Source: Blastocystis sp. Blastoise (taxonomy: Eukaryota; Protista; Bigyra: Opalinata). Taken from it: a stretch of DNA of 64,000 nt. How positions within the stretch are numbered: position 1 is the stretch's first letter; every line of letters begins with the position of its first letter. This document shows, piece after piece, positions 29,329 to 48,497 of this stretch. The stretch is taken from the NCBI GenBank assembly GCA_039096225.1, contig JBBPEB010000027.1, positions 1-64,000 of the forward strand, written 5' to 3'. The position numbers and the translations under genes are program-made. The notes below the pieces were generated by a model that saw only the letters and a program-made list of their open reading frames with translations, searched no databases and was not told the origin of the DNA.

Positions 29329-31577
29329 TCACAATTTTTGATTTGAAGAATCAAGTGAATCCATATGAATAATAGCATTCATTTCTTGAGGATTAATAGG
29401 TATCTTTGTAGAAGGTGTACTTGGATTCGATAAACTTAATGGATCTATAAATATATTATTATGATTTATATATATATATATACTATCTGCATTCAAATCT
29501 GAAGGTCTGATTTCTATAGATAGCATATTAATTATATATGAAAGATAATTATAGTGATATATATTATATAAAAAAATTAATTATAGTGATATATATTATA
29601 TAAAAAAATTAATTATAGTGATATATTAATTATATATGAAAGATAATTATAGTGATATATATTATATAAAATTAATTATAGTGATATATATTATTTAAAA
29701 AAATTAATTATAGTGATATATTAATTATATAAAAAAAAAACTTATATAAAGAATAATAATATATACCTCTTTTATCTGTAAGGAAAAAAGATGAAGAAGA
29801 AGAATCACGATGGATTCCTATATATAAACATATAACAATATTATATATATATATCACAAATACCACTATCTTCTGAACTTTCTCTATTCATGTATTTACC
29901 AAGATTTGCTATATATATATATTAATAATAATAATATAAATATAAATATAATAATAATTATAATAATAATAAATATTAATAACAATAATATAAATATAAT
30001 AATAATAATGAACTTACATGTATACATAATAGCTTCACCTTGAAATCCTGTTTCTTTTGTATTTTGATTTATACTTATAGAAACTGTAGAAGGAATATCA
30101 CTAGATCTCTCTCTCTCTTTCTCTTTATTATTATTCTCTTTATTATTATACTTTTTGACTTCTCTTTTAGATCTATTGACTTTCTCTTGTGCTTTTCTCT
30201 CTCTTTCTTTCTTTTCTTGCTTTACTAAGAAAGAATAACTATATATATATAGTTATGATTAGAAATATGAGTATATATTTATAAAAATAATAGTATAAGA
30301 ATCATTTTAATTTCTATTTAAAAAATACTTATAATGATTAAAACAAATAATAATAAAATAATATACGTTGTTTCATGTAAGTACATTAATTTAATATGAA
30401 AACATAATAGTTGAGCAATATAGAGAAAAGGTAATAGATTAATAATCACATAAACAACAAGTAAAATAGCACAAAATAATTGCGGGAAATAATCAATAGA
30501 ATAAATTGTCGATTGAACTATAGGGAGAATTATTTATATGTAATAGAATAATTGTATATTGTATAATTTTTATTTATTAGTATAGTTATTCTATTATATA
30601 AATATATAGAATCGATATATAATATATAGAATAGATATATAATATATTATATAAATATATAGACTAGATATATATAATATATATTATATAATAGATACTT
30701 AATGTTCTGTAATAAAGAGGATCAGTGAATATTCGAATAATAATATAAATAGATATAATCATATTAAATAATGTCATTATACATGTTGAAACTAATAATC
30801 CTAAGAAATAACTATATATATATAGAGTATACTATATAAAAACATTATAATAATTATTATTATATACTTATAGTTCATAGATCCGACACAAGTATTTAGC
30901 CACTTACAATGATGATCAAATCCCGCTATACATTTATTACAAGCCCGGCAATGCTTTGTAGTCGAATAGACATGCGCATTGCATAAATAACAAAAACAAG
31001 GAAGATGTTTATCCTATAGATATCATGAGATATAGGACAAGAGGAAGCATACATATATTATAAATAGTATTATTATTAAAGGATAATAATATATAATAAT
31101 AATAATATATAATAATAATATATAATAATAAGTATAATAATATATAATAATAAGTATAATAATATATAATAATAAATATAACGATAATAATAATAATATA
31201 TAATAATAATAATAATAAATATAACGATAATAATAATATATAATAATAAATATAACAATAATAATATAAACATAACAATAATAATAAATACAACTATAAT
31301 AACTATAACAATAAGCATAACAATAATAACAATATATAATAAAATAAAATACATCTTTGTCAACACATTTATCTTTAGGATCGATAGCTGTTGCAAGAAC
31401 TGCATATGAAATCACAACAATAATTAAGATAATAATCAAGGATAAATAAATATAATTCCATGGAGATTCTATAAAGGGATACAAAAGAAAAAAAGAGCCA
31501 ACGATCATAATTACAAATAAAATCCATGATGCTATTTGTAGTAATTCCAAAGGCGATTGAAAACCATTACGTCTCAT
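29329..31577 (-). CDS. DHHC palmitoyltransferase (ZDHHC1/11-like)
   Basis: [11 protein letters not shown]-terminus, TM helices and [34 protein letters not shown]. Confidence 0.92.
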
Positions 31578-32399
31578 CTTAAATTCTATTTACTAACATA
31601 CAAAACACGAAGTAAGTGTATTGATGCTAATTGAAGTATTAATATAGTCTTTTTAAATATAAACCTAAAGGTAACTTCTTTTCAACCCTTATTCTAGCCA
31701 AGAATATATATATAAAGCTTTATATTACTTTATATATGAAACAGAAATAAGTGTTTTTTAAATTATTTCTGGTTTTTTCTAAATTTAACGCTAAATCATC
31801 ATTTTATCACGAAAAAGAAATTTGTTTCTTTATGAAAAATTGATGGCAAATCACAAAAAAAAAATTTTTCATTTTTATTTATTTTTTTGTTGTTAAGCAA
31901 TAAAAAATAATAATAAAATCATAGTACTTTTCATTTTCTTATATACATTGAGTACATGTAAAAAAAAATAATTTTTTTTCAAATGTGAATTCACAAAGTT
32001 GCATAACACATATGTATCTCTTGAAAAAAGTATTGTACAAGTTATGTTCACCTATAAAATTTTGAATAATACGTAAGAAAAATCATATTTTTTAAATTTA
32101 ATGATATGTTTAATAAAAAACAAGGACTCAAAGAGAAATAACAACATAAATGAACTACTACACAAAACTATATAAATCATAAAAAGTAAATATGAATATA
32201 TGCAGCAATTTCAATTATGCAGCCGTAAAAAAATTATAAAAGAAATAATAAATATGTGTGATCTTCATATGATATTAGTGTTACTGAAGATTGCTATAAG
32301 TTACAGAACATATATATGTATAATATTAAAAAAATTGCAAAACAAAAAGAGTAGCTATATTATTATAGAGAGAGAAATACTAAATAGGGATTCCCGTGA

Positions 32400-36562
<4,163 letters not shown>

Positions 36563-36863
36563 TCCAGTTTATTTAAAGGATATTCAATTTGATTCAAAGA
36601 ACAACTAACAACAAGTTGTAATACAAAACAATTCTGTTTTTTCTTTTGAAAACATAATAAATAATCATGATAAAAAAGATACTGCTACTGAAAGTTTGGT
36701 TTTTTTTTCTGATTTTTTTCTTTTTTTTTTTCTTTTTTAAAAGAAATCTAATAATCATGGGAAATTCCTTTTTATAAGAATAAATACAAAATGAATCATG
36801 TTTTTAATGGTTTTAATGAAACTTATACTTTATTGATATCGTCTGATTCATTTTATTCTTATT

Positions 36864-37785
36864 ATGGGTTATTCGTCTGTTTCATCAAGTTCAAGGTACA
36901 TCCTAATCTTATTAGATATTATTTTTTAATTTAAAGACTTCTTTTGTTCACACTAATTAATTTTATATATAGAACAAGAACTGGATCTTCCGAAAGAAGC
37001 CATCGTTCACACAGTCATAGACATCGAAGTTATAGTCCAAGATCTAGTCGTAGTCGTAGTTCTAGTCGTTCTGGAAGACATTATCGTCGTTCAAGATCAG
37101 GTTCTCGATCTAAATCTCATTCTAAACACATGTATATTTATTAGTTTATTTATTTCAAACTATATTAATATCATTTCGTATTTATTTTCATTCACATTTT
37201 ATGTTTATAGTACTAAAGAAGAACAAAAACCAGTTCGTATATATATATTTTCTTATTTATATATATATTTATACTATTTTTATTCTCTTCTATTCTATAA
37301 TTAATGATTTTTTATTTTATTATATCTATATATATATAGCTGGAAATACTTTATCATTATTGATGAAGCAAGTTGAAGAAAATCCTGAATTATATAAAAG
37401 TAGTGATATTCAATTTGTTGAGAAATATAAATATGGAAAAGATTTATATATTGGTGGTATTCCTGAAGGTACAAATTCTGAAGATCTTCTTCATTTCTTT
37501 AATAAAGTCATTAAACTGGTATTTATATAGTTATACATTTATTATATATTATGTTTATTATATTATTATTATTATTATTATTATGTTTATTATATATTAT
37601 GTTTTATTGTGTTTATTATTATTATTATTATATATATAGGCTCATCTTAATATTATTCCTGGAGACCCTTGTTTAACGTGTAGAATTAATACTAAATTCG
37701 CTTTTATTAATTGTAGAAGTGAAGAAGAAGTGAATAAAGCGCTAAATCTCGATCAAATCCCTTATATGGGGCATAAACTGAAAAT

Positions 37786-37826
<41 letters not shown>

Positions 37827-37875
37827 TATATATATAGGTCGTCCATCTACTTATGAAGGTCCTACTGGTGTTCAT

Positions 37876-37931
<56 letters not shown>

Positions 37932-38570
37932 ATAGGGAATTACCCTGATAATTTCAGTCATATTGTAGTTCCAGAGATGAGTGAAGATTATACAACGGAT
38001 TATAAAGATCTAGAAAATGTATATATAACTGAATAATATTAAATATTATAATAAATATAATATAAATATAATAAATATAATAATAATAATGATAATAATA
38101 ATATTAACTATAATAAATATATTAAATATAATAATAATCATGATTTTAGGTTCTTCCTCCGATTCCCACGGAACTGATCAGTTTATATAGTACGGAAACA
38201 GATGTTATTATATATACGCCCTATATGAAAATAGATAATATACTTAGTTTAGAAGATATTGAAGATGATGATGAATATGAAGATACAAAAACAGATATAC
38301 AGGAACAATTACAGAATTGGGGAACCCTCCAATCCCTCACTATTCCACGTGATGGACCCTATAAAGGATTTGTGTTCGCTGTCTATGAAGATGAAAAACA
38401 AGTATATATATATATTTATATCATTATTATAAATATTCTTATACATATTCCATATATATGTAAATAACTAATATATATATATATATTTAGTGTGAAAAAG
38501 CATGTACAGAATTAAAAAAATTACTTTTTGATGGTAAATATGTCAAAGCCTCTCCTATTTCAAAACAAGA

Positions 38571-38622
<52 letters not shown>

Positions 38623-38676
38623 ATTCATTCTCTTCTATATAGATATGAAAAATATATATCCACAGAACAAGCTTAA
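36864..38676 (+). CDS. U2AF large subunit (U2AF65)-like protein: RS domain, one RRM, UHM
   Basis: N-terminal RS repeats, RRM1 LYIGGIP..KFAFIN..KLKIGRP, and [48 protein letters not shown]. Confidence 0.8.
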
Positions 38677-39216
38677 TCAATGCTTTTAATTTTTTTTTAT
38701 AAATTCATTTTTTTAAAATTATTTTTGTATATATACATATTTCTCATATCATATTGATAGTATTTTGATTTCACATCTTTGCTGCTTTCCGTTTATACAA
38801 AAAAAAATATAGTATTCATATCATTTCAACGTAAAATGTTTTTAATCACTTTTAAAACTCTAATTTATTATCTATATTGTATTCTTCAGAACATATATGT
38901 TCTTTTATTTATAAAAAAAACATGAGGCTATCAATAATTATCTATATTAACAATAATGACATGATATCTACAGGCTTACAACATTTCTTCGTTGTTCTAT
39001 AACTACATAAAGCTATAATCATTCAAAGTATAGAGTATATAGAATAGAATAGTGTATATGTAAGTCATTTAGGAACCTAGTAGATTTTTAAAAATAATTA
39101 CGGAAATGACCCACAATTCATTAAAAATAAATTTGATCTATTCTACAACATTATTTCTTTCTCCTTGAACTGTATTTATTTATTTCTACGAATAATATGA
39201 CTGGATCTTTAGATCG

Positions 39217-40793
39217 ATGCAACAAATTGGACTCCAAGAATTAACTGAATTAATTGATGTATTCATTCTTCCATTTTTTAAAGAATATACGTTGTAGGTA
39301 GCTTATGCAAGAAAACCTGGTGATCGTGTTGCTGCGGATCAGCAACTTCAAGAGTTTCAAAAGAGTGATATTGCTTGGGCATTATCTAAGGAACTTATTG
39401 AGTCTACTAATGATTCCTGGACTTTCTTTGGTGCTTATACTTTTTTCTGGTAAGTGAATTATATGATTCTAAATGAAAATTATTTTTAATGCTATTCTTT
39501 TTAGTAAAGTTCGATTAGATTTTTATACATTAACAAATCAAAATGCTATAGATCTTTGGGAATCATTAGTTAATTGTGCGAAAATATTTCATCATCGTAA
39601 GTTGTGAATAAATTGTTTTTTTAAAATTATTTTTTAATTATTTTTTAATTATTTTTTAATTATTTTTTAATTATTTTTAATTATTTTTAATTATTTTTTA
39701 ATTATTTTTAAATATTTTTTAAATGTTTTTTAATAGTTTTTTAATTGTTATTTCATTCATTTTTTTGTGTCATTTTTTTTTATTTTAAATTTTATATATA
39801 TATATATATATATAGGATATCAACCAACATTGAATATGATATGTTGTAGTTTGGGTGTTTTATGTGTTCAATCTGTAATTGATGATAAATATATTTCACG
39901 AATTTATAATTCTTTTTATAATGAAGAATATCAAGATATATTTTTAAAAGTAATTCGAGATATTCCTGTCGAATTAAAATCATCTAAAGTATTTTTTTTA
40001 TTTATATAAATCATTATATATATATATATAGTTAGCTATTCCTGACGAAACATTAAAATACAAGCGAATTGAGATCGTTAATCACGGGGAAGAAGTATTC
40101 TCCTATATAAGGCCTTTATTAACAAACCCTCAAAATAATGATGATATGATTGTATATATATATATAGGATTTCTTTTGTTGTTATATATATAATGTTATT
40201 ATCTTTTTATTTTGAATATTTAATATAATATATATATATATATAGAAATTAATATTGATGACCATAAAGAGTTGGGTAGATATTAGTTCTATTAGTGCTC
40301 TTTCAATCTCAAAATCTACATTCCTTCCTATATTATTCAATGTATATATATATATATAATTCTAGATTTATATTATTTATATTATATACAATAACTATAT
40401 ATATATATAGAATATGAATAATCCTAATTATGATGATATATCGTTTGATATATTATATAGTATTGTAGATACGTATATATATATATATATATAATATAGA
40501 CTATACTATACTCTCTCTATATATATATATATAGTTATTATGATATTGAAAGGGATAGATCCGTAGTGGACATACTTGTACCTTCGATTCTCCAGTTAAT
40601 GAACAACTTCACGGCATTAGTCCATCAGGATTATAACCGCGGGATTAATATATATAAAATCATGGGCTCTGTAGGCTGCTATTTCTTAAGAGATAATAAT
40701 AATATGATCAGTCAACAATTCTTTGATATTCTACAAGTATTCTATATTTATTTATATTCTTTGATATTCTATATATATATATATATATTTTAT

Positions 40794-40828
<35 letters not shown>

Positions 40829-41150
40829 ATTCTTTGATATTCTATATATATATATATATTGTATTCTTTGATATTCTACAAATATTCTATATATATATAT
40901 ATATCTATATATTATTCTATATATATATATAGTTCCTGTTCACTGTTTTTGATTCTCAGGAGCGTGAGTATATTGAAGAAACACTCGAGTTCTGGACGGA
41001 GTTTCTAAGTGTTATTAAGGGAAATAATACACTTGAAGACCAAAACTCATTTAATCATTTACCCACATTCCCCGCGGTTCTTGAGAGTATTACCAAAGGA
41101 TGTATTTCTAGCTTCAGATTACCTTCTGTATATATATATATATATATATG

Positions 41151-41193
<43 letters not shown>

Positions 41194-42459
41194 TATAGGA
41201 TTATTGGGATTTATCGGATGATGATAAAAACTCATGGATCGATTTTAGAGATAATATGATGGTATATATATAATAATAAAATAATATATATATAATATAT
41301 ATAATAATAATATTATATATAGGACATATACACAGATATTGGTAGTATTATAGGAATTGAACATTTATTTACATATACATATCAATCATTATTAACAACC
41401 AAACAAGCTTATGAGAATCAAACAGGTTCGTTAACTGCCGTTGAAGCCTGTTTGTACGGAATTCGTTGTCTTTCAATATACAGCGAGGTAGCTGTGTTAC
41501 CCGAAATGAGAACTTTCTTTATGAATATACAATCCTACGCTCAAGATTTATCCATTCAAAATACAATGTTAAGAATTATACAAAAATCTAGTTACCATTT
41601 TGGCGGGCAACAACAGTATTTGGCGCCATGTATTCAATATATTCAACAAGCATTTAATAATGTTAATTTACATCGTTTTGCTTCAGATGCTTTTCGCATT
41701 TTATGTGAATCGAATAGTCAATACTTTTTATCAAATCAAACTATTATGTTAGATACAATACACTTTGTGAATACTATATCTCTGACAGTTCGTGATGATT
41801 TCCGAGTCAATCTATATAAAGGATTATCTACTCTTGTTACTAGGGGAGACGAAAACATGTGCAAGACGTATCTTGAAGAGATCTTGTTACCCGTATATAA
41901 CGCACTTAAAACGGTCGTTGAAAATGAACAGAATGATAGCAATACTGTCCTCGCTTGTTTATATATATTTACTGTATATATATAGTTTATTATTCTTATT
42001 ATTATATTAGTCTTGTATATATTATTATTATTATTCTTATATATATATTGTTATTATTATTATATATATAGGTATTTTGTGAGCCTTATCCTTGCAATCC
42101 TCCTTATCTCTATATCCTCCTACAGGAGAACTGGAATATATTTATGAAAACAATTACTCTATTTAATAACAATGATATTGTTGTCGAAGAATTTACTCGT
42201 TTTTTCAAACATTTAATGCGAATCAATACAACGCTTTTTGTAACCATGGTCCCGCGGTTATTAACAGTTTTAGAGCCACTTTTTATTCAGAATCCTATTG
42301 GTTCTTATGTTTATTATTTTGGCGCTGTTTATGGTGCTTTTTATCAATATACAGAAGTAATTAATCAATTAAATACCAATATATCCGTGGTTATTAATAA
42401 ATGTATGGAATTAATGCAGGATCGTGACTCGTGTCTTCAAAACCCCGATCTATTAGATG

Positions 42460-42492
<33 letters not shown>

Positions 42493-43580
42493 TTATTTTA
42501 TTTATATATATATATATTATATATTTTATATATTTATTTTATTTATATATATATTTTATATTCTTTATTATTAACTATAATATATATATGTATATATATT
42601 AGGACTTCTTCCATTATTGCCAGCGTCTCATGGAGATTATTCCTCAGACGTTATTAGGCTCTGTGGGTATACTTCGTCCTATTCTCAGAACTGCTATTAT
42701 GTGCTCTACTATTGAATCTAGGTATATACTAATATTATATAATATATATATAACAACATAATATAATAATATAATAATATTATATAATATAGAATATATA
42801 TAATAATATAATATAGAATATATATAATATTATATAATATATATATAATAATATAATATATAATATATAATATACTATATAATATACTATAGAAATGCTT
42901 ATCATACTATAAATGGTTTTCTGGTTGTTTTCTTCTCCTATTGTTCTCGAAGTATTAATAATGAGGCCATGCGACAATCCTGTGAAACTGTTCTCAATGA
43001 ATTCTCACAACAACTTATTCAAATAGCCGTATTTATTAGAGTCTAATTTATATTCTTATCTTCACTTTATTATTAATATTATGATGCAATTATTATTTTT
43101 ATTATTTTCTTCTTTTATTATATATATCTTAATATGTAATATTATTTTATATATATAGTTAGAAGGTATATTTACTACCGTTCCTCTCTCTATTATTGAT
43201 GACCCAGAATGTAATAATATACAAGTATTATGGTGCTTCTATCATTATGCAAGTACTTATTATGCACAAGCATTCCCCGCGGTTATTCAACAATTCACAC
43301 CGAGATTATTTAATCAACTAGAAATTAATTCTATTATTCAAGTATATAATATAGATGTTATATTATATATAATTATAATAATATATATAATAATATTATA
43401 ATAATATATAATAATAATAATATATATAATATAATAATAATACTAATATAATAATAATATATATAATATATATAATATATATAGAATTTATTGAATGTGT
43501 CTGATTTGATTACTAGTGACTATGTGAAGATAATGAGTCGCTATATGACGCTAGCTAGACAGAGACAACGTCTTCTTTAA
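39217..43580 (+). CDS. Importin-beta family karyopherin (transportin-SR/importin-13-like)
   Basis: N-terminal ADQQLQEFQKSDIAW..FFGAYT..KVRLDF (IBN_N-like), ETLEFW, FRDN, QNPDLLDDFF; helical HEAT-like; many GT-AG introns. Confidence 0.78.
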
Positions 43581-44358
43581 ATATATATATATATATATAT
43601 ATATATTACAATCAACATCATTATAATTACTATATATATTAATTAAAGAATAATGAGTTACCCTGATTTTGAGTTCTTTTTAGTATTTTTATATTACACT
43701 ATATATAAACTAAAAAAGACTATGTTGTTTTTGATATCACTATAAAATAATATTTTTTTTTCTTGTATGCTTTATAAAAATAGTATGTGTGAACTTTTTG
43801 ATTCTATGTTTTTAAAAATAATCTCTCTAAAATTGAAAAATAAAAATAGCGTTGTTCTTCACATTTCTTGATACAAATCCATGCTTTTTAAAAAATATCC
43901 ATGTCACTAACATGCTATTTCATTTAAATACTTATCAAAAAATAGATTCAACCTATGAATTTGTTTCAAACAGAAGCATATCTCTCCTTATTAATTATTT
44001 CATCGTAAATACTACAAACTCATTGTCATTATTATACCATCAAAACACTCCTATGCAGTTTTATATACTTTATAACAAGAAAATATGAACAATTTGTTAT
44101 AATTTCTTGTAAAATAGAAAAAAAGAAAACAAATAGGATGATGAAACAATAACGTAGGACGAGAAACTGGATGCGAAATAACGTATAGTGATCAGTCCAA
44201 TCCTAAGAATCTTATGATTCTCAAGATTTTCGTGTATCACTTAACTTCTTATTCTATTATGTTCTTTTTCTCTTTTTTTTTTTTGATTCTTCAAAAATCT
44301 TAAAACATTTATTCATTTATTGTTTTATAATTGTATATTAATTCATTTTAATTAGAAA

Positions 44359-44768
44359 ATGGAAGTATGATTCTTTGATTAACTTATTCAATCCTTAATA
44401 TTATTATATATAGGCTGAATTTAATGCTGCTGTCGATTCTTGCAAGACTTGGAAACCTACTACTGCTCAATCTCAAACTGATTTATTAAATCTTTATGGA
44501 TTCTTTAAGCAAGCTACTGTTGGTGACTGTAATACTGCTCGTCCTGGTATGTTTGATTTAAAGGTATGTAAATAATTAAGTAGTTTTTTTTATTTATATA
44601 TTTAAATATATATATATAGTGTTTATTTTGAATTCAATTTATAATGACTATTTTCTATAGGGTAAAGCTAAATGGGATGCTTGGAATGCTAATAAGGGTA
44701 TGACTAAAGAAGATGCTATGAAAAAGTATTGTGAAGAATTAGCTTCTCAAAAGACTAGATTAAATTAA
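44359..44768 (+). CDS. ACBP: Acyl-CoA-binding protein (3 exons)
   Basis: [50 protein letters not shown]. Confidence 0.95.
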
Positions 44769-45038
44769 TTTTTTTAAAAATTATATAAACTAGAAACACT
44801 ATTTCTTAATAAAAGAATACTATTTGTATATGAACTGTTGCATATTGCTGTAGTTGATTTGATGATATATATTGTTATGTTTGCCATTTAGTTTTATAAA
44901 AGCAACATGAATTTTAGTGAAAAGAATTAATAAAACAAAACTAATAGTATAAACTATAGAAATAAAATAACAATATTTATAAATTGAGATAAAAGTGTGT
45001 ATAAATAAGATTAGAAATTTGTGAATCATCCAAGTTTC

Positions 45039-45299
45039 TTAATTATTCGTATTCATATTATTATTAGGAGCTTCTATGGTATTAGTAGTAGCATTATTAT
45101 CCTTATTTGTATCCACAGGAACAGCTACATCGACAACAAGAGGTTCTTGAAGATCATTTTGAGGTTTACGTTTATTGAAATCAACGAGATTTTGTTTACC
45201 AAATAATATAAATAATAATGCAGAGATTAATAAGAGACCTGCACCTAAGTAAAACACATTTCTCCACTATATATTATATGTTTATTATGTTTATTATTA

Positions 45300-45355
<56 letters not shown>

Positions 45356-47089
45356 GATTATGATTATTATTATTATTATTATATATGTATATATACAAGA
45401 TCAGCAGAAGCTTGGTCTTCAGCAGTCATAATAGAAGTTAATATAGGAGATATAATACCAGGTAATGCTCCAAATGAATTTGAAATTCCCATCATTTCAG
45501 AAGAATAATGACCTGCAACATCTAATATACGAGGACCAAAACCCGTATTAGCGAATCCAAGATGCATAATAGCAACAGATAATACGACAGTATCCCAATA
45601 TACATCATCTATCCATCCAGAGATAATAAAGAAGATAGCCATCATGACATTACCATAAGTTTGAACTCCAAGACGAACATGAATAGGAAGGCATCCTTTA
45701 CGAATAAAACAATCAGTTAAACTTCCAGCAACGAAATTCATAATAGCTTGAGCAGCATAAGGGAATCCAGCTAATATTCCCGCGAGAGTCGAATCAGGAT
45801 GGAATCGCTTATTAATATATGTAGGCAAACATGTAACCTAGGGAATAATAATAAATAATAATAAATAAAAATAATATATAATAAAAAAATAAATAAAAAA
45901 ATATATATATATAAATAAAAAAAATATAAATAAAAAAATAAATAAAGTAATAAATAATATATAATAAATAATAAATAATAAACATAATAAAAAAAATAAA
46001 CATAATAAACCTAATAAAATGAATACCATCGTAAATTGAGCCCAGTTGACAGAAAAGTTAATAAAGTAGATGGAAAGAGCAACAGGTGAGAAACATAGAG
46101 ATAACCACGGGGTAGGAAGACGTTGAGGGGCGGGTGTTTCTGGGTGAACAAGGGGATTAATATGCATACTGCTGTCTCTTTCTTCTTGAAGGAGAGAGTC
46201 ATCAACTAATTTATCTTGTTCTAATAAAGCTAATTCTTCTTCAGAAATAGTGGAATACTTATAAGGAGTATCAGCACCAAAAATCATCCATAAAATACAC
46301 CAGAAAATACCTAATAATCCAAATATATAGAAACATAAAGGCCATCCTCCTATATATATAATGATTATTATAAACATAATTATATATAATAATGAATAAA
46401 ATAAAGAATACAATAAATAATAAATAATATAATAATACAATAAATAATATATAATAATATAATAAATTATATAATGTTTACCTAAGAAATCAAGTTCACA
46501 GAGAGGCCCACAGACGACATTCGCGATTAAAGTACCAAGAGCGCTGCCAGCCCAGCAGATTCCCACGAAACTTCCTCTTTCACTAGGACTAGCCCAGAAG
46601 GATAATAAACAGTGTGTAGTAGGATATAATACAGATTGAAATACACCCATCAAGAAACGAACACCAAGGCTATTTATAGTTATATAATTATTATTATGAT
46701 CAATTTTATTATATATAAAGCTTTATAATAACATATAATAATCATTATAATAATATATAATATAATAACATATATTAATCATTATAATCATTATAATAAT
46801 CATTATAAAATAACTTTTAGAATAACTTACAAAACATAAAAGTTTCCACAAATAAAGGGTGTAATGAGAGTTAATATAGAAGAGACTAAAATACCTAATA
46901 ACATGACAATTGTAATTCTGATTAAGGAATATTCTATTTTAAAATATATAATATTATTCTTATATATGATTATTAAATATCTAGAAAAGGATATTTTCCA
47001 CCAAAACGACGAGCTAAAGCACCACCAACAACTTGGAAGAAGAAATAACCAACAAAGAAAGCAGATAAACTTGTACCATAGGAACTTGC

Positions 47090-47120
<31 letters not shown>

Positions 47121-47522
47121 TTGGTTATAATAATAATAATAATAATTTGGTTATAATAATAATAATAAAACATATAATAATAATAAAAAACATATAATAA
47201 TAATAAAAAACATATAATAATAATAAAAAACATATAATAATAATAATAAAACATATAATAATAATAATAAAACATATAATAATAATAAAAAACATATAAT
47301 AATAATAAAAAACATATAATAATAATAATAAAACAATAATAGAAGCATACCATCCCAACCATACTGTTCACTAATTTTAAGAACAGCAGTAGATAAATTA
47401 GCTCTCATCGTATAACCACATAAGATAGCAAATAAATCAAGAAAGACAATAATATATCTTTTAGGAACATAACACTTCTTGACAGGTTTCTGTTCTGGCT
47501 CACAAAGAGGTTGAGTTTCCAT
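45039..47522 (-). CDS. MFS transporter, SLC17/anion:cation symporter family
   Basis: YTMRANLSTA, LSAFFVGYFFFQVVGGALARRFGGK, WASPSERG, GGWPLCFYIFG and MGISNSFGALPGI. Confidence 0.9.
46912..46994 (-). other. U12-type AT-AC intron in the SLC17-like gene
   Basis: Consensus 5' site ATATCCTTTT, branch TTCCTTAAT, then CAGAATTAC-3'. Removal gives RFGGK|IVMLLG. Confidence 0.92.
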
Positions 47523-48497
47523 TTTCTTTTTAATGTAAATATACAACTAAAAGTAATAAATAAAAAGTATTCAATGAAACATGCTCGAATTGAAAATCTG
47601 GACCAAAACACAAAAGAGAATTTTCAAGGGAAAAAGGTTCTAAAGAACCAAATTAGGGTATTCCATTCACGGGGAACGCCTTTTTAAGTTTCCCTTTTTT
47701 ATAAATTGATGATTGGGTTATAAGAAACTAGAACCAATGAAAAAAATGATGAAAATGAATGGTATGTATTTTTTTCTTTATGTGTTTTTATCTGTTTATA
47801 ATCAAATTAAATATATCGTCAATACATAGAAATTCAACGTATAAACTCTATTATTCAAAGAAATATATGAATAATCAATCAAACAATATTGTCATTCATT
47901 TTTTTTTAACTTTTTTAATTTATTTTTCTGTCTAATTATGACTTTTAATTGTTGATAAATATACGACTGCCAAAGTTAACAAAATGAGAATCAGCAAGAA
48001 CATAATGTCAATTTTACTATATGATTACTTTTCATAGTTTTTCAAATAGTTTTTCATATTCATTATATTCTATACATAATTTAAAGATAACATTGATGAT
48101 ATCTAATACAATAATTATGAAAATTATTTCTCAATAAATGATTATATATTAAAAATAATTATGATTTTGTGTTTGTACAAGTTACTGTCAATTAAAGCCA
48201 TCTATCAATAAAATGAAATTATGGAAATTATAAATAGGAAGAAAATATTCTTAAGGGATTCAGTAAATCTTTCATTTCTATAAAGTGAATTTACAATACG
48301 GTTGCTCTATTTATGAATCTATCATTAAAGGATTCTTTAATGATAATGAATAAAAACAAAAAACAAAATTTTCATGATTTTTATGTATTTTAGACGGAAC
48401 ACAGTTGAAATATTCATAAAATTAGGATTTACTTTTAAACATTTTACTTCTGTTTTTCTTTAATAATTTTTATTTTTTTTTTTCAATTTCTATTTCT

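Noticed and set aside
44133-44206. Possible C/D snoRNA (ATGATGA with TAGGAT/ATCCTA stem); similar weak candidate at ~6262-6330
   Set aside because: The first lacks a CTGA box D; the second has an imperfect box C; no rRNA guide could be identified by eye.
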